Of a DNA stretch of 64,000 nt, positions 11,501 through 23,500 are shown one piece after another. The stretch lies in NCBI GenBank assembly GCA_002269645.1, contig NIVC01003873.1, positions 8,747 to 72,746 on the forward strand. Direction: 5' to 3'. A model generated the notes under the pieces. It made no database searches and had not been told where the DNA came from. It saw only the letters and a list, made by a program, of their open reading frames with translations. The first letter of the stretch is position 1. Every line of letters begins with the position of its first letter. Both the position numbers and the translations under genes were made by a program. Source of the stretch: Macrostomum lignano. Its lineage: Eukaryota.

Positions 11501-14500
11501 AAAGAATCGTGTGTCTAGCTTAATCTGCTTTCCATATATCCGCAGGCGGAGATTCCGGAAAATTCCTATACATTTAAATGGGGAAATCCAGGAAAATCAA
11601 TCAAAAATTGCCAAGCTGTATCAATAGACTTAGATATGAGATTGTACACATCATTAGAGTGTGCCAGTCGGTGTCACCCGCAGAAAGAATCGTGTGTCTA
11701 GCTTAATCTGCTTTCCAGATATTCGCAGGCGGAGATTCCGGAAAATTCCTATACATTTAAATGGGGAAATCCAGGAAAATCAATCAGAAATTGCCAAGCT
11801 GTATCAATAGACTCAGATATGAGATTGTACACATCATTAGAGTGTGCCAGTCGGTGTCACCCGCAGAAAGAATCGTGTGTCTAGCTTAATCTGCTTTCCA
11901 TATATCCGCAGGCGGAGATTCCGGAAAATTCCTATACATTTAAATGGGGAAATCCAGGAAAATCAATCAGAAATTGCCAAGCTGTATCAATAGACTCAGA
12001 TATGAGATTGTACACATCATTAGAGTGTGCCAGTCGGTGTCACCCGCAGAAAGAATCGTGTGTCTAGCTTAATCTGCTTTCCATATATCCGCAGGCGGAG
12101 ATTCCGGAAAATTCCTATACATTTAAATGGGGAAATCCAGGAAAATCAATCAGAAATTGCCAAGCTGTATCAATAGACTCAGATATGAGATTGTACACAT
12201 CATTAGAGTGTGCCAGTCGGTGTCACCTGCAGAAAGAATCGTGTGTCTAGCTTAATCTGCTTTCCAGATATTCGCAGGCGGAGATTCCGGAAAATTCCTA
12301 TACATTTAAATGGGTAAATCCAGGAAAATCAATCAGAAATTGCCAAGCTGTATCAATAGACTCAGATATGAGATTGCACACATCATTAGAGTGTGCCAGT
12401 CGGTGTCACCCGCAGAAAGAATCGTGTGTCTAGCTTAATCTGCTTTCCATATATCCGCAGGCGGAGATTCCGGAAAATTCCTATACATTTAAATGGGGAA
12501 ATCCAGGAAAATCAATCAGAAATTGCCAAGCTGTATCAATAGACTCAGATATGAGATTGTACACATCATTAGAGTGTGCCAGTCGGTGTCACCCGCAGAA
12601 AGAATCGTGTGTCTAGCTTAATCTGCTTTCCAGATATTCGCAGGCGGAGATTCCGGAAAATTCCTATACATTTAAATGGGGAAATCCAGGAAAATCAATC
12701 AGAAATTGCCAAGCTGTATCAATAGACTCAGATATGAGATTGTACACATCATTAGAGTGTGCCAGTCGGTGTCACCCGCAGAAAGAATCGTGTGTCTAGC
12801 TCAATCTGCTTTCCAGATATTCGTATTTCAAAGGCGGCGTTTTTATTAATTTGTTTATTTTTATTTATTTACAATTTCGCGCTGCAGGCGCTGATTTGTT
12901 GCCCTGCAGCAAATGCATGTGTGCAAAGCAGTAAAAACCAAAAGTAAGAGTAAAAAAATAAGCAAAAAAGTGCAAAATGTGGATGGGCCAGATACCATTG
13001 CTGCTTCCCACTTAAAAAAGTGGGGGAAGCCATGCCTTACTGTCCTCGCCCCGTTTCTTCACCTAAAGTTTGGATTTAATTATAATTTTTAATTTTAATT
13101 TTAATTTTAATTTTAGATTTAATTTTTAGTATATTTTCATTGACAACTTACTGTCTCTTTGCATGCCCACAAACGGTTTCTGACGTTGGGTTGTAAATTA
13201 CAGAAACAATATGCATGGTAAGAATAGAGAATATACTATGAAAATGAAGCATTTTTGGAAGTGCTGTGTTTGTTACAGGGGCATTGCAATCAATATACAT
13301 ACAAACATACATTCGTGCTTTAAGTGTGCTGCGTTCGAGAGCAGTAATTTGTCTACTCGTGTATACACAAAATTCGCAGTATACTTCTAATTGAAATATA
13401 ATTTTGCATTACTCAAAAGTAACAAGGGCGAACCTCGTTGGACTCACAAAGGTGCTGACTTTTTCCCCTCTGCTTCCTAACTGGCACCATAGATGCTATC
13501 TTTAGAAGAACTCCTTTGCTTTGGGGCCCAAATCTAAGTTGATATTGCTATTCCCATGGCCTCAAATTTTTGACATCTACTCTGCCCCCCCCCTGTATCT
13601 ATCTGCCCTCATAAGTATGAGCACCGAGTGGCAAAATTTATCAAAGCAGAAGCTTTACAACTTTAAGTCAGAGGCAGTCTAGTTGTATGTGCTATCAGAA
13701 TAAAAAGGGGATACTTGGATTGGGCCTGTCCAAGGAATCCTCTATACCTATTTCTACCTTTCCTTTTAAATCTTGTAAAAGAAGATTTCTTTGAAGCATT
13801 TCTAGAGAAAGGGCTTCGGTATAGACGATTCATTAGCCTGTCACCACTAGCCCTGTCCCAGGGAAGAAAGCCTGGAGTGGAGTGAACAAAGAGGCAAGCC
13901 TGGGAAGGGGGCACTAAGGGTCCCATAGTATTTTTTGCCGTTGGGCAGATGTTACCTCTAGTCAAGCTCGCAAATAAAGTGGAAGAATGCTTTATAATAT
14001 TTAGACTAAGCTAAGCTGGTCTGTGATTTAGACTGATGAAACGAGCACACACAACAAACTGGGGGCTGAGTGGGGGGTTGTGGCACAGACCATATAGAAT
14101 ATAGACTGCGAATCTCGGGGGCCTGCCCAGGCGCGTTGTGGGACAAAAAACAACACAAAAATGGTCCTTCCCCAAAGCCCCACTTCGATCGATATGTGGT
14201 ACAAAAAATTAGGCTGTCTCTTTTCTAGCGGGCCAGTGCTTGAAATTTACTCAGTATAAAGGGTGTTAAAACCCCCGGGGAGGCAAAAAAATGTTCCTTG
14301 CAAAAAGGGGAAGGACTATTTTTGTGTTGCTTTCTTGTCCCACAACGCGCCTGGGCAGGCCCCCGAGATTCGCAGTCTATATTCTATATGGTCTGTGGGT
14401 TGCAGGAGGCTTGAGAGGGGAGGGAGTGAGGGAAAAAAGGAAATAGAGATCTAGAACTAGAACCTAGAAACTAGAGAAGAGAAGAGAAGTAGAGAAGAGT

Positions 14501-17500
14501 TCTAGATCTCTATGGAAAAAAGCACACTCGAAAACAAGCTTGTAAAAGAAACTAGCTTGGGCGTGATTGTACCCAATGTATGAATTGTATCACGAATGAT
14601 TTATGTGATAACTCGAATATGAAATTGAATGCTACAGTGCTTCTCAGTCCCAAATATGAATGGTATGACTGCTCTGGTTCTCACTTCTCAGTCCCTGATT
14701 GAACCAACTTTGACTCTTGCCTTCGTTGATCGTTATCGCTCCCTTCTTTCTTTTCACAATGAAGTAAGAAACACAGCGAACACTCCCAGTGCACAGTCAC
14801 TGCGAACCCTGGACATTGACAAGGCTTATATTCGTTATTTTGGGAGCCAGACTCCACACTGTAACGTTTCTGGCCTGGCCCACAAAGGCAATAAATCACT
14901 TCTAAATAAAGAAGTTTGTGGAAACATATCTACATATTTACGCATGGATCGAATGGATTCAATAGTCAAATAGGTACGCCATGTCTGTTGTGTAGTAGAA
15001 TTGAGGCAGCGATTCAACAAAGCGAAACAAACTCACTTACTCAATCACTCTTGTTCACTCATTCTATTTCTTTTCCCCATATAGACAGCTATTTTGAAAG
15101 CAACATCGATACATCACATCAATGAGACTTTTTTAGTACAGCAAATCTGCATACATTTGTGTATAAAAATATAATTCTCATTTTCGTTAGCGCTTTGTTT
15201 GTGCTACAGGCCATATGGTCCTAAAGCTTCTGGGAGTTCTTTGCCTCATAAACTGAAGAGTTGTGGGTCTTTGTTCCAAATATGATATATGGAGAGCGGG
15301 AGACTGATTCAAGGAGATCTAAATATATAAGTTTTTTCTAGTTCAAGATTTCTTTGACTGATTATATCGTGACCTGAGCGGCGGACCCGCATTTTTTGGT
15401 TTATAGCTGCCGCGGGCGTCAGCCAGGCAAGCTCTGGCAATGCACGGTCTCTTGAAATATCCTAGTCAATCTGGACTTGCAACCAAATTCTGAGTGGGCT
15501 TTTTCCTCAAGCTGGGGCCTGGCAAACTGTGGGAAGGGATGCGGGTTGAGGAAAAGGCAATGCACCGACTAGCTATGCTGCATTTGCATATGCTATACGA
15601 AACTATAGCTTTTTCTTTTCGTAATTTTTTCTTTTGAAACGTGGAGCAAACAACCCAGCAAGTTTAAACCTGGAGTATTTGTGAATAGAAGATGCATGGA
15701 GCATGGTCAATTCAAATGCAGTAGTAGCTAGCTACCTTAATAGCCAGACACAAATAACATACAGAAAATAACCTACGTAGAAATGCTTACAGGATTGATA
15801 GATAAAAACATGTCAGTTAGAGTTTATTGAGACAGCGGCTTCGGTCAGGTCGCTAGACTTGCTGGACGGGATCGCAGCGCTCGCAGCTTTAGCAATCCTG
15901 AACACTGCCGATAGAAGAAGCGACCTGTAGATGGATAAGGAGCAAAAGTCTATAGGCTATAAGTCTAAAACTATAGCCTAATATATCGAGAATGACAAAT
16001 GATTTGTAATTTTTTGTGCTTTTTGTACAATTTGAAGATGCGATGATGCCAAAAGAAATGGAGTATACATAAACCCAGTTCTGTGAACGGGATAATTTTT
16101 TTAATGTACAGTAATATGTATGTCTGTGAGAAATAGCAAAGATCCTGACTAGCTGAGTTGACAAATAACAGTTACAGGCCTGTAACTGTCAGGGGACACT
16201 TGTCTTATCTGCTTAGAATTTCCATAGAATAGTGGATTTTAAGTTGCTACCTTGCCCCACCGCAGATGCTAGTCAAGTCAAAGTTATGCTGTATGTATTT
16301 CAAGAGTAAACAAAGAAACCTGTTTCTTATCGCACACCAGACACATCGCCCTTCAGCTTATCTCCGTCTGTTGTGGTCCCTGGTACGCTCGTCTGGGTTG
16401 CAAGCGAATTTGGGAAGCAAAAAATCGGCGGCCGTTTTGTCAACATAGGTGGGTGGATTCTGCCTAGGGCTCAAGTTCCCACACTATTTGCTCCTTATCT
16501 CTCCTAAATGTCTCCTAAATATTTTGAATATGAAGTAATATAACGCAACCGACAGTCGGGCTGTCAAAACCCAAATCCAAGTTTAGAGTTGTGAAGAGTA
16601 GATGAGAAAATTTATGACAATGTTGCTCCTTATCTCTCCTAAATGTCTCTCCTTGAATTTACAGGACTGTATCGGAATGTCAAGGACGTTGAAGGCTGTG
16701 GAAATTTAGGGTCAGGATGTTCTAAAATCAATCATGCGACTTTTAGAAACAATAATTAATAGCAAGAAAACGTTGTTTCGATGAACGCAGTCAAGCTCTG
16801 CTACGAGCTCTGAATATAATGCTAGCGTAATAATAGGGAAAATTTTGTTGGACTCACCCTAATTACAATCACCTCCAGCCAGTGGAACAACGTAAAAGAG
16901 ACCGGTCTCATCAGCTTCTGGCCTGCTGGCACTGCTGGTCGAGTCTGCAACAGACTTAGGAAGAAGCCAGCATTTCCATTCTGGCTTGCCGATCAGGACT
17001 TCTTCAGTCAACCCATAGAATCCAATCCCCAAACGCATTGAGCTGTACGGTTGAGAATAAATTTCGCCCTCCGGCTTCAAAACTCGACCAGTTGCGACTC
17101 TCTCTTCGGTGATGTGTTCAATTAAGACGCAGATGTTTCTTATGAAGCATGCATTATCTCCCATCTTGGAGCTGTACTTTAACGGCTTGACTGGGTCATC
17201 ATGCATCAAATTCCGGACACATACTATCTCGTTCACTGAATGTGCAGCCAGATGCCTAGTTACCTTGATGCGACGTTTGATGGCGCCAAGGTAGTTTTCA
17301 AAGGGAAATGTCGTAAAGCTATTAATGTTCCCATACAGTCGGACAAACTGATCGAAGTGCAGTAAGGCATGGATATTGTAGCTGATGGCCTCCTGGCCAA
17401 AGTAAATAGCCGTTTGCTCGACAAAAACTTCAACGGAGCTTTTAGCCTGATCCCAGTACTTAGTGTGTCTGTCGCTTGAGTAGACGTACATGGCGAAGTG

Positions 17501-20500
17501 CAGCAAGAGGAAATGGTTGTACAGTAATTCCGGCAAAAATCCCTTGAACAAGACGGGGCCCAAATAAAGAAGAAACTGCCGGTACTCGCTGGCCTTAAAA
17601 AACTTCAGATCAGAAAGTCGACGAGGTCTTCTTTGAAAATTTGAGGGTGTGTACTTCGTCAGTGCAGCAATTCGGTCGGACAAATGCGAGATTTGATCCT
17701 TCTTGACTTTACGGCCACCTTCTGGATCAAAGTAGAAGTAGAAAAATTTTCGTACAGCACCGAGGCACACCGCGTGTTGAAATTCCACAGGGAAAGAATT
17801 TACGAAGTCTACATTAGGCAGTTGCAACAAAGGCGACATAATTATATTTCCAGTCTTCCGCTGCTGGTTCGATTCCTGACCTGCGCGATACATCTCTCCG
17901 CATCGGCTCTCGCCCACCACCGTTGAGAAAGTCATTCTCTTCTTAAAATGAATGCCAACAGCTCTGCAATAACCGCATCCAGCATATGCGGTGTGTCCCA
18001 GAATGCCACAGATGTACGCTCTGGCCGGCGCATCGCAAACAAATCGAATTGCTGAAATCGTAATTTGCACGGATTTACTAATTCTTACTGGTGCAGAAAG
18101 AAACTTTTTTGCTTCATTACAGAATTCCCGCAGGTAAGCTTGAAGAGGCGGTTTGCCCTTGCCGGCATAAATTCCAACAGGAAATGGTCTTGGAAAAGCG
18201 TCAGGGATCATCATCAGAATCGGCCATAGACCAAATTGAGAAGACTTAAAAAGTGGGAGTCCATCCGAATTAAAAAGTGCACAGAAACTGTACATGTAGA
18301 CCCTTGACTCGTTCGTGGAATGTAAATCATCTGGTCTCGTCAGATTTAGCAGACCTTTTTTTAGTAGCATTTGCAGATTCTCACCAATACCGAAGTACCG
18401 AAACTGACCCTCTCCCATCGGCTCAAGCGAGGTGTCAGTCTTCTCACCCTTCAGAATTTTATCAATCATGTACTTCGACCGCGGTGCCTGTACTCCAAGC
18501 TTGCGTAGGCCTCCAAGCAGTAGTTTAACTCCGTCACGTGGCACCTTGTACAAAATGAAGAAGAGAATGAGAAGTGCTTCTAGCTTCTCTTCAAAGCTTC
18601 GCTTGTCTTCATCATCAGCATCTTCTTCTTCGCTCTCACTCTCTGGTGGCGATCGCAACTCGTCAAAGCAAGCTTTCCTGGTGACGCTGGCGTCAAAAGC
18701 AATGGGTTCGATTTCTTCTTCCGTCTTCGCCTTCTTCAATACCATATTCTCATCAGTTGCCTCTTTTGGTTGCTCATCAAGAAGATCCAGGACAAACTTA
18801 TTCGCCTTGCGCCTGATAGTCCACGACATTTTTTGTATTCGGATTTGAGTAAAACTGTCAGATTTTGACTCAACTTTGGGTTTTGTATTGCATTTACAGT
18901 ATTTTGAATTTCCTGCCTGCTAAAGCGATATTGAGTGATTTCTGCTTCGGGGAACAGGAATGCGGAGCGGAACGTGGGGGAGGTTGGGGAGAGGCAGCGG
19001 GGGTTGGGGGTCGAGGTTGCGATTTGTGGCTGGGAATTCAATAGCCAATAGGGGACGGAGTTTCGAAGCCCGCGTCAAACAAATGAGTTTTAAAACTTGA
19101 ATATGAATGAAACTTCCGCAAAGTTCCGCTTCAATTAAAAGCTCCCCTTGCTCATTCATTCTTTTTTTCGGCTCATTTCCACGATATAACAATGAAATTC
19201 ATTGTTGTTTTTAAAAACGACCGTCAGGTTGTAGAGATCCCAATGGAAGGCGTAATACTCCCAAGGGAATTACAAGACCTATCTAGGTCGGAATGGCTTG
19301 AGAAGAGACACGCAACGGAGCGATGGATCTGTCAGGCTCGGTACGAGCAAGAGGAGTACCTGGCATACGTCATGCAGGTGAGTAGTACTGAATTCGTTTG
19401 GATTTAAACTAGACTATAATTGAGACCGAGGTAGACAATATCTACGGGCCAATGACAATACCAACAATAGTGCATGATATCCATCCATTATATCCTAACA
19501 TTTAAGGTATATCTGGAAAATGAAGACGGTGAAACAGCCTGCACGGAAGCCAGCATCCTCTACGTGCGAAAGCTGATCCGGAAGGGGTTCAAGATGCCGC
19601 AGATCCTTGAAGTACTGCAACCGCGTGTCTTCATGCCTTCGGATTCGAAGAAAAGGAGGCGAGAATATCAAGCTAATGTAAGTTGCCGGTTGCAGTGTTC
19701 ACTAGAATGAGTAAATTCAATAAATCAAATTAATAAATGAAAATTTTAAATTGAACCTCCTTGTCAAAATCCCAAATTCTGCAGATTTACACAACAGAGT
19801 CGGAGCCCGACACCGACACTTTCCTGAATGGACGTCCTAGAGTTCTCGATCTCGGCGGCGAATCTCGCCTCTCTCTACCGGCGCAGATGCTTCTACAGCG
19901 CCAGCAACCGGCATCAACCCGTGCGCAACTGGTGGCAATGCCAGAGTCAGATGAGGATATTGGTGAGTTAAAATTTACTCACTCGACATTCATTCACACA
20001 TTCACTCCGATGTCAATGATCTATTCACACACCAGTCACTTATTTACTCGCCCCACTCATCAACAGAGCCAGAGTCGGGGACAGCAGCCCCAGCGCCACT
20101 GCCGGAGTCAGAGACAGCAGCGCCAGTGCCTAAGGCGCCAGAGTCGGGGGCATCAGCACCTCCTTCAGCAGTGCAAGAGCCAGGAATTCAGACTACTGCA
20201 GACGAGTCGGTGTCTGAGCCAACGACTATTCCGAAGGAATCAATTGGGGCGGCAGGTGCAGCGGCAGCAGCGCCAGCCTCAGAAGGTGACCCACAATTCC
20301 TAAACTTCGGTCCAGGCCACATCAATAAGCTGCGAGAAAGAGTTCAGGCCTGCATTAACCACAGCCTGACAAGTCCGGAGGGCCTCACGTTTCTCATGCT
20401 GACCGTCTTGCGGGCGTCTGGCGTCCTGGAAGCAAGACTGGCGACTCAGGCGGGTGAAATAGCTGGTCTGCGCAGTGAAGTTGCGGGTCTTCGCAGTGAA

Positions 20501-23500
20501 GTTGGTCGGCTCTCTGCTGCTTCTTTGGATGTTGAACCGACCGGCCCTCAACCAAGCGAAGTCTGGCCAATTTCTACTTTGTCAAAGTACGCGAACTTCG
20601 TTTCGTCGCCCGGGGAGACGCTGATTGAGTTGGTAAGTTCAACATTTTTTTGGCTTACTCATTCCTTAACTATTTATTCATACATGTGCATAAAATTCAC
20701 TCACTTATAATTCCCACATTCACCTAACCTTATCCCTTTCTCACTGGCAGAGGTCGGCGCTGCTTTGCTGCAAGAGTGCGAATTGGAAGATGACCCTCCG
20801 TGAAATGCTGAATTATGCACTGACGGCCGAAATGCAGAAGGTGGTCAACTTCAACGGTCGCGACATGGCCAACAGAGCCCGCACTGCTGGAGTTAACATA
20901 TCCTTATCGGATGACCTGCTCGGCTTTGAAAAGGTGTTTCTGCGTTGGTTTCAAGGTAAGATGGCCTTTTAAAACAAAAAAGAGAGCAGTGTTTGAAGCG
21001 TTTGTCTGTTGCCCCGAAAATACTACTAAAAGTAGTCAGTAAAGAATTGATGTATAACTTGTTACAGAAAAATTGTTAACATTATGTTTGGATCACGTAA
21101 TGTCAATGAAAAAATCTACAAAATGAACTTATTCCAGACGCCATGAATACGATCTACGGAGACTATTCCACCCGACCAACGGAGAGACCACTTGGTGTTC
21201 CTACGAAGGACGAAGTGCGGAAAACATGTATGAACATGTTAAAGCACGCCGCTGACCGTGTGACGCCTCGCTCTCATCGGCGTCAGGAAGAGCGTCCGAC
21301 ATCTGGAACACCAGACGAGCAACAGCTGGCAAGTGTTAACAACAGCCAGCAGCAACAACAAACCTCCGGACCGCAGCAGCAGCAGCAGCCACAAACCCCG
21401 GGACAGCAGCAGCCACGAACCCCGGGACAGCAGCAGCCACGAACCCCGGGACAGCAGCAGCCACGAACCCCGGGACACCAGCAGCAGCAGCCACGAGCAA
21501 CTGCTGTCGAGCCTCAAGCAAAGAAAAGGCGCGTCTACATCAGCTCTGGTAGTTCAAGTTATGAAATACCAGAAGCTTGTGATGACAGCTCCAGTGGCTT
21601 TGATTGATCTCTGCACATCGGATCACTGCAATCATTGCACATTGCTTTGCTAATACGAGTACACGTAGTTCATTGTCGCTCAATGTAGAGCGCAGCGAGT
21701 CCATTGCTTAAATCATTTGAATTATCGCATTGTATAAACTGTATTTTATGTTATCGTCAAGTAAACAATATTTATTACTCGCTGAAAAGCTGCATGTTAA
21801 AACTCTGTGTTCTAAACAAGTTAAATATTGCCTATATTGACTCTAACTAAAGACTAAAATAAAAATGGCAACAAAAGCTCACTGTATGCACCAAAAGAAA
21901 CAAGTCTAGAAGTACGCCTGTATTGCTTGTAAAGCTAGCTAAAATTCTGGAGAGGTCATCAAGAGCAGGAATTTTGAGGAGCTCAATAAATGATAGGCCC
22001 ACGTGTCGCACATTCACAGTATACTACTGTAAGTAGACTGGAGGGATTTTTTGTCCAACTATATTCTGACCGACGTCAGGCGGACGTCGCGCGACGACGG
22101 GGCGGCCAAACAATTGGTCCGCCCCAGGACCGTCGTGCGTCCGCGAGAAGCACGTTGCCCGACTCATGGGGTGCACTCCAATTTCCCACTGGGAGAAATT
22201 TGTGGTGAGACTAACAGAATCAGCATCCACTTTGATTGATCATTAATTAATTAATTTAATTAACTTTGTTTTACAACAATAAGCGTTTATATACATTTCA
22301 ATGACATCTAATTAGACTTAATCTCCGTTTTTGTTCAAAACATTGCTTGTTCCATCGTTTGCTGCTTGTTCATTTTTAACTCAAAATACAGGTCTATGTC
22401 AAAAGTTGCGTCATTTATCTGGCCCAGCCAGATAAATGAATGGCTCTTTTCTATTGGTTTAGCCATTTATTTGGCCAGGCCAGATAAATGAATGGCTCTT
22501 TTCTATTGGTTTAGCCATTTATTTGGCCGGGCAAGATAAATGATCTTGCTTTCCTATTGGCGGAGCCATTTATTTGGCCCGGCCCAAGTGGGGGATTAAT
22601 TTTCAAGAGCCTTTAAGTCCAACAGATGAAAAATCTACCATTGAACCATTTCATTCAAATTTCTTTAAATATAAATTGGGATACAACAAAAGTCAAAGCT
22701 TATTATGTACAGCTTTCTAAAAAAGTATTCAAGACCATTTGAAAGCTACTTTGGACTTTTGAATTAAAATCAAAAGAACCATTCAAGTGTCTACTCAGCA
22801 GCTTATTTTCAAAGTGTCAAGATTTGCTACTTAACAGCAGAATATAATTCCCCCCTTAAGTGTTTTTCCTAGATATAGTAGTAAGACAAGTTCAGACAAA
22901 AGAGCTTAGTGATCTAAAAACTAAGAAGCAAGAAGTTCAATCAGTTGATGGATCATTTAACAATATTAACAATTTGGAAGAGCAACAGTGGAACAAAGAT
23001 TACCATTGTTAGCTTGTAACGTCAGGCTTGTAGCCATAGAAGGCCTTAGCAGTCGAGTAATAATATACCTAATAAGGATGATTCTGTGACACAATGCATA
23101 ATAAAATTTAGAAATTACATGTATGCTAGACATATTTTTAGAATCTTCCAGAAAATTTTTGGTGCAATTGTGGTAGGCCGGTCTACCACTTGGAGGATGA
23201 CAGTGGTCGTTGATGCAAACAAGGCAACTCTCCACCTGATGAATGATTGACGTCATTAATTTTCATCTGTTGATCCCTTGTCTGTTCCCCCGGCTGTCCC
23301 ATCTGTAGTTCCCTGTTTGCTCCATTTGCTGCCCCATACCTTGTCCATTTTGTTTTACTGTGTCCCACGGCCAGCTTTTTCCCTTTTCCTTTGGGTGCCC
23401 CTTTCACTGTTCCTTTTGGTGCCCCACCCTCTGGGATTAGTCATGCCCAATACTATTTTTATGTCTGTGTAACCAATTTTGCTCTCATTCTGCTCCTTGG

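Larger units (their letters stand above)
8907..22193. mobile_element. Candidate composite CACTA/EnSpm (CMC) DNA transposon, ~13.3 kb
   Basis: Left end cccagtggaaa (8907), right end tttcccactggg (22193); 2-bp TSD ag/ag; shared subterminal motif cgacgtcgtacgatgtccgccc vs cgtcgtcgcgcgacgtccgcct (reverse complement of right end); contains transposase and DUF4806-like genes. Confidence 0.65.

Noticed and set aside
9749-11518. Repeated MGKSRKINQKLP ORFs
   Set aside because: Monomers of the 183-bp satellite; the longer ORF arises from a 1-bp deletion in one unit.
13663-16448. Short ORFs in the CACTA left arm (100-114 aa)
   Set aside because: No recognisable motifs, overlapping frames on both strands, no consistent splice model.
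8670-22606. Helitron ends (TC...CTAG on the minus strand) for the ~660-bp host insert
   Set aside because: Boundary is ~13 bp off the empty-site alignment and the 3' hairpin is too far from CTAG.
22966-23407. Possible LINE endonuclease remnant on the minus strand
   Set aside because: Only vague resemblance (CIND..P, LCHRII); no intact GDFN or SDH motif.
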